The translations under genes and the position numbers were made by a program. This document shows, in pieces, positions 41,181-50,410 of a stretch of 64,000 nucleotides of DNA. Every line of letters begins with the position of its first letter. The first letter of the stretch is position 1. The notes under the pieces were generated by a model. It did not search any database, was not told where the DNA came from, and was given only the letters and a program-made list of their open reading frames with translations. Origin of the DNA: Polyangiaceae bacterium. Its GTDB lineage: Bacteria; Myxococcota_A; Polyangia; Polyangiales; Polyangiaceae. The stretch is taken from NCBI GenBank assembly GCA_044222475.1, contig JBGANF010000001.1:144391-208390 (forward strand), read 5' to 3'.

Positions 41181-41548
41181 GCTGCACCGAGACCGAGCCC
41201 GAGCTCGTCGCGTACCATTTTGGGACACTGGATGACGCTACGCGCGCCCGGGTCGAAGATCACCTCGTAGGCTGTGCATCCTGCGTCCGGGCCTTCGTCG
41301 AGCTGAAGCGGGCCATCGAGATCGAGCCGCTCGACGCTGGTGCGGTCCCGTCGAAGAGCGCCCGAGCGCGGCTTCGACGCGCCGTCGCGAACGAGCTCGG
41401 CATCGACACCCCGCGCCGCTGGTGGGAACGCCCGATCGCGTTCGCCCTCGCCGCGTCGGTCGTGCTCGCTGCCGGAGCGGCGACGCGCGTGATCACGTCG
41501 GGTCCTGGGTCGCCTCCCAATGGGCTGAGCGCGGGCTCGGGGAAGTGA
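41177..41548 (+). CDS. Zinc-binding anti-sigma factor (zf-HC2) with a TM helix
   Basis: HLVGCASC (HxxxCxxC). ATGA overlap with the sigma gene. Confidence 0.88.
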   Translation: MSCTETEPELVAYHFGTLDDATRARVEDHLVGCASCVRAFVELKRAIEIEPLDAGAVPSKSARARLRRAVANELGIDTPRRWWERPIAFALAASVVLAAGAATRVITSGPGSPPNGLSAGSGK

Positions 41549-41551
41549 CGT

Positions 41552-42997
41552 TCAGCGCGGCAGAGTCGTGACTTCGACGGGCGCGTTCGAGTTGGCGGTG
41601 CCCGCACCGAGCTGACCCTTGTCGTTGAGGCCCCAGCACCACACCGTGCCGTCGGTCTTGAGCGCGCAGAAGTGATTCGCACCTGCCGAGATCTCGGCGA
41701 CGCTCGAGAGCGTGGTGATCTGGGTCGGCACGGGCGAAGGCGCAGGGTCGTTGGTGCCGCGACCGAGTTGCCCTTTGTCGTTCCCGCCCCAGCACCACAC
41801 GGTGCCGTCGATCTTGAGCGCACAGACGGTGACGTCACCCACCGCCAACATCTTGGCCCCCAAGATGCCCGGCACCGCGACGGGATGATCGACGCAGCGC
41901 GGCTTGCCCTGGCTGAACGTGCAATCGATCGAGCAGCAGGGATCCACGGAACCGCCGTCGGGCGCCGCAGGGAGGTGGCCGATCATGCCCGTCTCGTTGT
42001 TGCCCCAACATTGGACGCTGCCGTCGGAGGCTACGATCGCGCAGAGCGTGCTCTGCCCCGCGGCGATGAAGGTGGACGGTGGGGCGGGGACGACGAAGAC
42101 CTTGCCACCGCACTGGAAACCGCAGGCGGTGCCGTGGAGGCTGTTCCCCAGCTCGCCCGTGCGGCCTCCACCCCAGCACCGGATGGTGCCGTTCGCCGCG
42201 AGCGAGCACGAGGTCGCTCCGCCCACGGCGACCTGCACCGCGAGCTCGTTGAGGGCGCGGGTCGCGCCGCGGCACGAGTCGCCGTTGCCGCAGGTCGACG
42301 GGGCGCCGGCGTCGAGCACCGTCACCTGGTTGCTGTTGTCGAGCCCCCAGCAGAACACCGCGCCGGCGTCGTTCACGCCGCAGGTGTGGTTCGCTTCCGG
42401 CCCGTGGCCGATGCTCGTCAACCCGAGCTCCGTGGTGAAGTTCGTCTTCACGGTGAACCCCGGGACTGGGCTCGCTGCGTCTGGCGCAGTGAAGCCGGCG
42501 CCAAGCTGGCCGAACACGCCGTTGCCCCAACACGACACGGTGTTGTCGGGACGGAGCCCGCACGAGTGCAGTGCGCCGGCGGCGAAGTCGCGGGCCGAAA
42601 ACGTGTTCGACTGGCGGTCTCGCGGGATCGACGTCGGAGGTGCAGTCGCCGAGGCGTCGGCCCCGGATTGACCGAAGGCGTTCGCACCCCAGCAATACAC
42701 GGCGCCATTCTTCATCGTGACGCAGTTGTGGTTGCCGCCCGCCACGAGCTTCACGACCTGGCTGTCGCACACTCCCTGCGTGCACCCGAAGCCGGCCGCG
42801 CACACCTTGCCGCACGCCCCGCAGTTCTTCGGATCGGTCGCGGTGTTGCCGCAGCTCGTGTCGCCACCGCCATCCGTCGTGCTGCCCTCCGTGCCGGCGT
42901 CGGACGGCACGGCTGGGCTGTCTCCGACGCACGCCGCGATGGCGCCGACGGCGCAAGTGACCAGGGCGAAGATCCCGATGAGAGCTCGAGCGCGCAT
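41552..42997 (-). CDS. RCC1-repeat lipoprotein
   Basis: Lipobox IAAC, DPKNCGACGKVC, repeated H.C....G.V.CWG.N..GQLG. Confidence 0.9.
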   Translation of the reverse strand: MRARALIGIFALVTCAVGAIAACVGDSPAVPSDAGTEGSTTDGGGDTSCGNTATDPKNCGACGKVCAAGFGCTQGVCDSQVVKLVAGGNHNCVTMKNGAVYCWGANAFGQSGADASATAPPTSIPRDRQSNTFSARDFAAGALHSCGLRPDNTVSCWGNGVFGQLGAGFTAPDAASPVPGFTVKTNFTTELGLTSIGHGPEANHTCGVNDAGAVFCWGLDNSNQVTVLDAGAPSTCGNGDSCRGATRALNELAVQVAVGGATSCSLAANGTIRCWGGGRTGELGNSLHGTACGFQCGGKVFVVPAPPSTFIAAGQSTLCAIVASDGSVQCWGNNETGMIGHLPAAPDGGSVDPCCSIDCTFSQGKPRCVDHPVAVPGILGAKMLAVGDVTVCALKIDGTVWCWGGNDKGQLGRGTNDPAPSPVPTQITTLSSVAEISAGANHFCALKTDGTVWCWGLNDKGQLGAGTANSNAPVEVTTLPR

Positions 42998-43033
42998 CCC
43001 GCGAGCGTAGCATTTTCGCGTACACTGTACGGG

Positions 43034-45094
43034 TTGGCTCCCCACGTCGCCCTCGTGTACCCGCCGGCGTGCGATCCGACGGCACCCTACCTCGCAGTCC
43101 CGATGCTCGCGGGGTTCCTGCGCGCTCATGGCGTGACGGTGACGCCGATCGACGCGAACCTCGAGGCGTTCGACGCCATCCTCGACGGCCGCGCGATGAC
43201 CGCCCTCGCGCGCCGCCTCGAGCGCAGCATCGACGTGCTCGAAGGCAGGAAGCGACTCGGGCACTCGGAGCAGCTGCGCTACCTCACGCTCCTCCGGGCA
43301 CGCGGGGATGCCCGGCTCGCCGCCCGCGACGTCGACGACGCCAAGGCCGTCCTTCGCGACGAGTCACGGTTCTTCGATCCCGTCGCGTACGACGCCGCGA
43401 CTCGGGTCGTCGACGCGGCCCTCCGCGTGGTGTCGGCGGTCCACTTCCCGACCCACGTCGACTTCACCGCCTACCGCACGCCGTTCGGGATGCTCTCGCA
43501 CGAGGAGATTCGGCGGGCCTCCGGCGTGGAGGAAGACCCGTTCGACGACTACGTGCACACGACGCTCGTCCCCCGACTCCGCGAGGCGCACGCGGACGTC
43601 ATCGGGATCTCGGTGTGCTTCCCGGGGCAGCTCCAACCCGCGTATGCGTTCGGCTGGAAGATCAAAGCGGCGCTCCCCGACACGCACCTGACGATCGGCG
43701 GCCCGGGCGTGACGCAGATGTTGATCCGCCTGGAAGGCACCGCGCTCGCCGAAGCGCTCGGCCCGTTCGACTCGGCGGTCGTCTACGAGGGCGAGCGTCC
43801 GCTCCTGGCTCTCGCCGAGCACGTGGCCGAGAGAAAGTCGCTTCGCGCGCTCACCAACGTCGTCCTCCGCGATCCGCTGCGAGGCGCGCGGTTCCTCGCC
43901 GGCCACGGGATGGAAGATCTGCGGACGCTCCCGGCCCCCGATTTCGACGGCCTCCCGATCGAGCGCTACCTGTCGCCGCGCGTCACGCTTCCCTACGATC
44001 CGACGCGCGGCTGCTACTGGGGCAAGTGCACGTTCTGCCACTATGGCCTCGCCGAGGTCGGGACGGCGTCGTACCGCGAGCGCAACGTCGCCGACGTGGT
44101 CGCCCACCTCCGCGCGCTGTCGGAGAAGCACCGGACGAAGCACTTCTACTTGTCGCAGGACTCGGTCGCGCCGAAGACCATCGTCAAGCTCGCGCAGGCC
44201 ATCGCCGACGCGGGGCTCGACGTGCGGTGGGGCACCGACCTCAAGGCGGAGAAATACCTCACCGCCGAGCGCGCCGAGGTCCTTCGCCGCGGCGGAGCGA
44301 TCGCGTGCGCCATCGGGGTCGAGACCGCCAACGACCGCGTGCTCGATCTGATCGACAAGGGCGCGCCGGTGTCGGTCGTGACCGACGCCGCGGTCAGGCT
44401 GGACCGAGCCGGCGTCGCCGCCGAGGCGATGCTCTTCACCGACTTCCCGACGGAGTCCGCCGACGAGGCGATGGACACTCTCCGTTGGATTGCAGAATAC
44501 AAGGAAACCCTGGCGGTCTACATCGTCGGCGAGTTCGGACTCACCCACGGGGCGCTCGTCGCCCACGACCCGAAGAAGTTCGGCATCGCGGACCTGTGGC
44601 AACTCGCGGGCGATCGGTTCGGACTCTCGCTCTTCTTCGAGCCCAAGAAGCCGTGGAAGACCGACGCCGAGCGCGAGACGCTGAACGCGGCGCTCCGAGA
44701 GCTCTCCCGCGGGTGGACGCTGCGCACCTACCCCTGGGCCGGGGCGGTCTCCACCGCGCACACCCTCCTCTACTACGACCGCCTCGGGCGGGACTGCTTC
44801 AAGCGCCTCGCCGAGCGGCGAGCATACGCCGGGGACCTCGGGAAGCCGTTCACCGCCGACGTCGCGTTCGACCCGGCAGCGCTGGCTCGCGCCGAGCTCG
44901 CCGAGCTCGAGATCTGGCACACGCTGGTTCACGAGGAGCGGGCGGTGTCGCGTGCGCGCTACGAGGAGCTCGCGGCGAGGCTTCCGTCGATTCGTCCCAA
45001 GTTGGTACCGGTGCGCTTCGCCGCCGAGGCCCTGCCGGAGCGCGCCCAGCCACCTGGACGCCGGCCGTCCCACGCTCACAACGCGACAAAATAG
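43034..45094 (+). CDS. B12-binding radical SAM protein 1
   Basis: VYPP..PYLAVPMLAGFLR, VIGISV..Q, IGGP, EGE, TRGCYWGKCTFC. The TTG start is inferred. Confidence 0.9.
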   Translation: MAPHVALVYPPACDPTAPYLAVPMLAGFLRAHGVTVTPIDANLEAFDAILDGRAMTALARRLERSIDVLEGRKRLGHSEQLRYLTLLRARGDARLAARDVDDAKAVLRDESRFFDPVAYDAATRVVDAALRVVSAVHFPTHVDFTAYRTPFGMLSHEEIRRASGVEEDPFDDYVHTTLVPRLREAHADVIGISVCFPGQLQPAYAFGWKIKAALPDTHLTIGGPGVTQMLIRLEGTALAEALGPFDSAVVYEGERPLLALAEHVAERKSLRALTNVVLRDPLRGARFLAGHGMEDLRTLPAPDFDGLPIERYLSPRVTLPYDPTRGCYWGKCTFCHYGLAEVGTASYRERNVADVVAHLRALSEKHRTKHFYLSQDSVAPKTIVKLAQAIADAGLDVRWGTDLKAEKYLTAERAEVLRRGGAIACAIGVETANDRVLDLIDKGAPVSVVTDAAVRLDRAGVAAEAMLFTDFPTESADEAMDTLRWIAEYKETLAVYIVGEFGLTHGALVAHDPKKFGIADLWQLAGDRFGLSLFFEPKKPWKTDAERETLNAALRELSRGWTLRTYPWAGAVSTAHTLLYYDRLGRDCFKRLAERRAYAGDLGKPFTADVAFDPAALARAELAELEIWHTLVHEERAVSRARYEELAARLPSIRPKLVPVRFAAEALPERAQPPGRRPSHAHNATK

Positions 45095-45180
45095 CCCACC
45101 GGCGACGCTGGAAACTTTGACGGAAGTCGGCGACGCTGGCCGTTGGTCTCGGGGCCCTCGAACACTCTGGGAGGAAGTTC

Positions 45181-46203
45181 ATGCGCAAGCTTCGGGTCGT
45201 GTTCACCACCATCGGCGCGGTTCCCGCGCTCGCAGTCGCCATCCTGCCGATGATGGAAGGGTGCGGCAGCGAAGTCACCACGACGGCGCTCGACGCGTCG
45301 CCGCAGAAGGACGCCAAGGTCGACGTCGGGAGCGACGTCGACCCGTTTCCGTCAGATGCCGTCGCCGACGTTCCGACCGTCATCGACTCGGGGCCTCAAC
45401 CGATCTGCGGCCCCACGACGACGTTCCTCGTCGACATCCCGCCGCCCGGCGTCGCCGCGGACCCCGGCCAGATCTGCGCCGTCGTGCAGCCGCCGGTGAC
45501 CAGCAACACGTCGGCGCGGGTCACGTTGACGGGGTATTCCTCCGCCAAGGAGACGGCCAAGGGTTACATCGCCGTCCCGTCGGCGCTGCTCGCGACGATC
45601 GTCGGGCTCCCGACCGTCACGGTCACGTCCGCCACCATCAGCGGATTCGCGGCGATGCAGGTCGCGAACGTCGCCAAGATCCCCGGCGGCTTCACCTTCG
45701 ACGCGAGCTGGCCGAATCAGCTTCCGCACCCGACCGGCGGCGGTCAGATGACGGTCAAGGCGGCGTTCACGGTGAGCTGCAGCGACGGCGGCACGCAGAC
45801 CGTCGAGTCGATCACCAAGGTCGACTTCTGCGTCGACGGAGCCGTCTTCGAGTGGGTCAGCTCCGGCGACACGTGCACGGTCTGCACGGTCATCGCCGAG
45901 ATGGCGCCGAGCCCGATCCCGAGCGACAACCAAGGCGACGATCTCGCGCTCGGCCGCGTGATCCGCATTCGCGTGATCGAGGTCGCGCGCGCGGGGCGAC
46001 AAGTGCTCCTCTTCGCCGAGAACGACGCCGGCGACCGCGCGGCGTACGAGTGGAGAGTCTCCGGCGGCAAGCTCGACCGCGTCGCCGACGACGTGATGCT
46101 CTGGACCATGCCCGAGGACGGCGGCGCCGATCCGTTCGGACAGGTCGCTGTGTGGAACGACGAAGGCGCCGTCGTCGAGAACTTCCTCTTCGGAGCGGCG
46201 TGA
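45181..46203 (+). CDS. Unknown lipoprotein (340 aa)
   Basis: RBS GGAGG, signal peptide ending MEG-C, TGATG overlap with the downstream rSAM gene. Confidence 0.8.
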   Translation: MRKLRVVFTTIGAVPALAVAILPMMEGCGSEVTTTALDASPQKDAKVDVGSDVDPFPSDAVADVPTVIDSGPQPICGPTTTFLVDIPPPGVAADPGQICAVVQPPVTSNTSARVTLTGYSSAKETAKGYIAVPSALLATIVGLPTVTVTSATISGFAAMQVANVAKIPGGFTFDASWPNQLPHPTGGGQMTVKAAFTVSCSDGGTQTVESITKVDFCVDGAVFEWVSSGDTCTVCTVIAEMAPSPIPSDNQGDDLALGRVIRIRVIEVARAGRQVLLFAENDAGDRAAYEWRVSGGKLDRVADDVMLWTMPEDGGADPFGQVAVWNDEGAVVENFLFGAA

Positions 46204-47843
46204 TGGCGAAGGCGCTCCTCATCGGCCCGATCCAGCAGGAGAACCTCGCGCTCGGCTACCTCGCGGCGTACGCGCGCTCGCGCGGTCACGAGGCGAAGAT
46301 CATCCCGTACGCGTACCGCAAGGACCTCGATCGAACGGTCGAGCAGGCCCTCGCCGAAGAGCCCGACCTCATCGGGCTCGGCATCGCGTTCCAGAACAAC
46401 ATCGACGACTACGCGCTCCTCTTGAAGACGCTCCGCGAGCGCGGGTATCGCGGTCACCTCACGTGCGGCGGACACGTCGGCACGTTCTGTTGGGAGGAGC
46501 TCCTCCGAGACTTGCCCGGCCTCGACACCGTCGTCCGCCACGACGGCGAAGAGACCCTGACCGAGATGCTCGACCAACTCGCGCGCGGCGAGTCGCCGCG
46601 CGGCATCCCCGGGCTCGTGTGGCGCGAGGGCGAGCGCGTCGTCAAAGGGCCGCTCCGCGCGCCGACGCTCGACCTCGACTCCCTCCCTCGCCCGACGCGC
46701 TCGGGGGAGCCCTACGTCGTCGGCGGCATGACGGTCGACTTCCTCATCACCGCGCGCGGCTGCGTCGGCGAGTGCAGCTACTGCAGCATCGCTGCGTACA
46801 CCGCCGAGCAGAAGAAGTCGTACCGACTCCGCTCGCCCGAAGCGGTCGCCGACGAGATCGCGTGGGCCTACCACGAGCGGAACGCGCGCGTGTTCTTCGT
46901 CCAGGACGATCTCTTCGTGCTCCCCGGCGAGCGGCCCGCGGTGGCGCGCATGGACCGCATCAAGAAGGAAATCGCCGCGCGCGGCGTGGGCGACGTGGTG
47001 TTCTGGATCAAGGGCCGCCCCGAGAACATCACCCTCGGCGTCGCGAAGGCGGCGCGCGACATGGGCGCCATCCACATGTTCCTCGGCGTCGAGAACGCGT
47101 CGGCGAAACGCCTGTCGTACCTCGGCCGGACTCACCTGCCGACGCACAACGAGTCGGCGATCGAGAACTGCCGCGCCGCCGGGATCGTGCCGTCGTTCAA
47201 CTTCATGCTCTTCGATCCCGACTGCACGCTCGACGACGTGAAGACCACGCTCGACATGGCGGACGAGAACCTCGATCTCCCGTGGAACGTGTGCCGCACC
47301 GAGATCTACTCGGGGACGGCGCTCCGCAAGCGCCTCGCGGACGAAGGGCGGCTGCACGGCGACTGGCGCAGCTGGGGCTACCGCATGCGGGACGAGCGGG
47401 CCGAGCTCATGTTCCGCATCATGCGCGTCTCGCTCCACGAGCGCGCGCTCGCGATCGACAGCCTCCTCAACCGGCTCATCAGCCTGTCGTTCGCGCGGCA
47501 GCTGCACTCGCACTTCTTTCCCAGCGCCGTCACCGCCGAGATGGACCGCGCGGTCACCGAGGTGGGGGTCGCCGCTCGCAAGGACACCGTCGCGCGCCTG
47601 CGCGCGATCCGCGAGCTGGTGCTCGCGCTTCCCCCCGGCGACAAGAAGGCGTTCCAACGCTTCGCGGTCGAGCAGGGCCTCGCGATCGGCGCGGAGGACA
47701 TGCCTCGTCGCGCTCAGACCGAATCTCTGTGGGACCACTACCACGCGCGAGGTCGGCTCTTCCTGCACAAGCGCGGCCTGGCGATGCCGTCGGCGGCTGC
47801 GACGCCGGCGCGCTCCGGGTTCGAGATCGCCGCCGGCTCCTGA
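46203..47843 (+). CDS. B12-binding radical SAM protein 2
   Basis: ENLALGYLAA, PDLIGL, CGGH, DGEE, ARGCVGECSYC, FLGVEN, YSGT. Confidence 0.92.
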   Translation: MAKALLIGPIQQENLALGYLAAYARSRGHEAKIIPYAYRKDLDRTVEQALAEEPDLIGLGIAFQNNIDDYALLLKTLRERGYRGHLTCGGHVGTFCWEELLRDLPGLDTVVRHDGEETLTEMLDQLARGESPRGIPGLVWREGERVVKGPLRAPTLDLDSLPRPTRSGEPYVVGGMTVDFLITARGCVGECSYCSIAAYTAEQKKSYRLRSPEAVADEIAWAYHERNARVFFVQDDLFVLPGERPAVARMDRIKKEIAARGVGDVVFWIKGRPENITLGVAKAARDMGAIHMFLGVENASAKRLSYLGRTHLPTHNESAIENCRAAGIVPSFNFMLFDPDCTLDDVKTTLDMADENLDLPWNVCRTEIYSGTALRKRLADEGRLHGDWRSWGYRMRDERAELMFRIMRVSLHERALAIDSLLNRLISLSFARQLHSHFFPSAVTAEMDRAVTEVGVAARKDTVARLRAIRELVLALPPGDKKAFQRFAVEQGLAIGAEDMPRRAQTESLWDHYHARGRLFLHKRGLAMPSAAATPARSGFEIAAGS

Positions 47844-47847
47844 CCCG

Positions 47848-48261
47848 CTAGGAGATCGCGGCCGTCGCCTGATTCAAGACGAGCGCGACCGTCACGTGAT
47901 CGCTCGGCTCGAAGACGATCCGGTGAAGGTTGTAGATCGCATAGAAGGCGTACTGCATGCGGTCGTCGAGCTCGAAGTCTCCGTCCTGGAGGGCGACGAT
48001 GGGCTCGACGAAGTCGTGGATCGTCTTGGCGACGTCGGGGCGGTCGTGGCGACGGCGCACCTCGTCGAGCGCCCGCGCGAGGAGGTCGACGTCGACGACG
48101 TGCCGCATGCCGACGACGGAGTCGACGTACGATGGCTTCACGCGCAGGGCCCACGTCGTCCACGCGACCAACGCCGGCTCGCACGCGACGACGAGCGCGT
48201 CGATGCGATCGTCCTCCGAGAGTGCGAGGAGGCGCTGGAGCGCCGGGTCCGTGTCGTTCAC
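47848..48261 (-). CDS. Hypothetical protein
   Basis: Protein-like ORF (YVDSVVGMRH, EPIVALQD, YAFYAIYNL). The start is uncertain. Confidence 0.65.
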   Translation of the reverse strand: MNDTDPALQRLLALSEDDRIDALVVACEPALVAWTTWALRVKPSYVDSVVGMRHVVDVDLLARALDEVRRRHDRPDVAKTIHDFVEPIVALQDGDFELDDRMQYAFYAIYNLHRIVFEPSDHVTVALVLNQATAAIS

Positions 48262-48272
48262 GAGGCGACAGC

Positions 48273-49418
48273 CTACTTCGTCGCGAACTTCGTCGTCACC
48301 CGACCGAGGGAGCATTTTTGCGACGCGCCGCCCTTGGTCCAGGTGCACCCGACCGGGCCGGCGAGGAGCTCCTGGACGAGCTCTCCCTCGGCGCCGGTCC
48401 GCTGGGGGGTGAACGCGGGGGTTCGCGGATCGAGCGCAATCGTCACACCGGCGGCCGTCACGTTCCGGGCGGGAGCCATCGACAGCCCGGTGAGCCGCAG
48501 CGGCCCACCGCCCGGCGCGGTGAGCTCACCGACGCGACCGATGTCCCGGCCGAGCTGCAGGGTGGCGTGTGTGCCATCGGCGAGCGCGACGTCGATGACG
48601 TAGTACGGGTGACCGAGCGACGCGTCGCCGGCGTATTTGCGAAAGTCCGCCTCGGTGAGGGCGCGCGGCTCGTCGAGTCGATAGCGCATCGCGATCGAGC
48701 CGTCGGGGTTCTTCCCCGCGACCTCGCCGACGATCGTCAGAGGCCGCGAGAGGCCTCGCTCCCACTCGATCTCGAGGTCGTTCCCCATCCACGGACCGGG
48801 GTGGACGGTCGGCGCAGGAAACCCGGCGAGGGCCGGGAGGCCGCTGACCGTCCACGACGATGCTGCCCCCGTGGTCGTGATGTCGATCGTCGACGCCGTC
48901 GGCCCTGCGGCGCCCGCGAGCTCGAGCTTGCCGCGGAACGTCCAGCTCAGCGCGGTACCTTTCAGGTACGACTCGAGCATCGCGAGCGTCATCACGCCGG
49001 GCGTGATCCAGTGAGCGTCGAAGTCGGAGAAGCCATCGAGGCGGAGGACCCCGTCTTCGAGCGAGGGCCCCGCTGCGACCGTCGCCGCCGCGACCCACGA
49101 CGTCGAACCGTCGATGAAGGCAACGAGCCGGGTCCCGACCGGAAAATGGGCGTGACCGCTCGCCGCCGGCCGCACGATGACCGTGGTCGCCGGCGCCACC
49201 GCGCCGCGGAGGGTTCGCTCCACGGACAGCTCCCACCCGGTCGCCGGATACGCCGGACCGAACGCCTTCGTGACTCGAGCGATGACGATCGTCTTGCTGG
49301 TGGCGTCGAGCCCGCTGAGCGGGGTGATCGCCACCTCCGCGGAGGCGGGCCGCTCGCTGCTCACCACCGATCCAGCGAGAGCCGAGGCGACGGCGAGGAC
49401 GAAGACGCGAAGCTGCAT
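48273..49418 (-). CDS. Hypothetical secreted protein
   Basis: Signal peptide MQLRVFVLAV..ASA and strong GC3 bias. Confidence 0.75.
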   Translation of the reverse strand: MQLRVFVLAVASALAGSVVSSERPASAEVAITPLSGLDATSKTIVIARVTKAFGPAYPATGWELSVERTLRGAVAPATTVIVRPAASGHAHFPVGTRLVAFIDGSTSWVAAATVAAGPSLEDGVLRLDGFSDFDAHWITPGVMTLAMLESYLKGTALSWTFRGKLELAGAAGPTASTIDITTTGAASSWTVSGLPALAGFPAPTVHPGPWMGNDLEIEWERGLSRPLTIVGEVAGKNPDGSIAMRYRLDEPRALTEADFRKYAGDASLGHPYYVIDVALADGTHATLQLGRDIGRVGELTAPGGGPLRLTGLSMAPARNVTAAGVTIALDPRTPAFTPQRTGAEGELVQELLAGPVGCTWTKGGASQKCSLGRVTTKFATK

Positions 49419-49477
49419 GGTCGTCGTACGGACGACGGGCGGCGACGATCCCCTAGTGGCCGAACTTTCCACCCCAC

Positions 49478-49560
49478 CGATTCGATTCGATTCGACTCGA
49501 TTCGATTCTTCGATTCGTTGACGTTGTCGTGAGCGTTGACGGCGACGTCAACGTCAACGA
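49478..49560. repeat. (CGATT)n pentamer run followed by an inverted GTTGAC/GTCAAC hexamer hairpin
   Basis: Visible as cgattcgattcgattcgactcgattcgatt..cgttgacgttg..caacgtcaacg. Confidence 0.8.
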
Positions 49561-49609
49561 GCGGTGCCGCCCTGCGCGGACTTTCACGCGCTACTTCTGC
49601 CGGACGGTG

Positions 49610-50410
49610 TCAGTGGCCGTCTTTTTCGCGGACCGCGCGCTCGGCGATGCGGTCGACCGCGCCGGGGGCGACGAGCTTCAACCAGAGGCCCAGCTTCGCC
49701 TTCGTCGTCATCACGACGTCGCGTTTGCGGGCGTCCATCGCGCGGACGATGATCGACGTGCACTCCTCGAGGGTCATCGTGTCGTCCGTCTCTTCGGCGC
49801 GCGGAGATTCTTCGCGCGGCTTGCCGTCGGGGCCGAGCGCCTTCGCCCGAATGTCGGTCCGGACGAACCCCGGCGACACGACGAGCACGTCCACTCCGCT
49901 GGCCTTCACCTCGATGCGGAGCGCGTCGAGGAAGCCCTGCATCGCGTGCTTGGTGGCCCCGTACGCGCTGCGGGTCGGGACGCCGGTTTTTCCGGTCAGC
50001 GACGAGATGCCGACGAGGAGCCCGCGGCTCTTTTTCAGCTCCGGCAGCGCGTAATATGCAGAATACACGGTTCCGAGGTAGTTCACCTTCATCAGCCGCT
50101 CGAAGACGGTGATGTCGGTGATCTCGTCGAAGCGGGCCCACATGCTCATCCCGGCGTTGGCGACGAGCACGTCCAAACCTCCGAACGTCTTCACCGTCTC
50201 GTCGACCATGCGCTTGCACTGCTCGGGGTCGGTGACGTCGGTCTTGACCACCAGGGCCTTGCCGCCCGCGCGCTCGCACTTCTCGGCGACGCGCGCGAGC
50301 GCCGCCTCGTCGCGCGCGGCGAGAACGACGTTGTTGCGCTTCGATGCGTAGGCGACGGCAAGCGCCTCGCCGATGCCGGCCGATGCGCCGGTGACGAGGT
50401 AGGTCTTCAT
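49610..50410 (-). CDS. SDR family oxidoreductase
   Basis: TGASAGIG, NAG, SS, YGATK. Confidence 0.93.
   Translation of the reverse strand: MKTYLVTGASAGIGEALAVAYASKRNNVVLAARDEAALARVAEKCERAGGKALVVKTDVTDPEQCKRMVDETVKTFGGLDVLVANAGMSMWARFDEITDITVFERLMKVNYLGTVYSAYYALPELKKSRGLLVGISSLTGKTGVPTRSAYGATKHAMQGFLDALRIEVKASGVDVLVVSPGFVRTDIRAKALGPDGKPREESPRAEETDDTMTLEECTSIIVRAMDARKRDVVMTTKAKLGLWLKLVAPGAVDRIAERAVREKDGH

Noticed and set aside
41672..43033. 1140-aa rSAM with a long N-terminal extension
   Set aside because: The extension is the antisense shadow of the RCC1 gene. The real start is near 43034.
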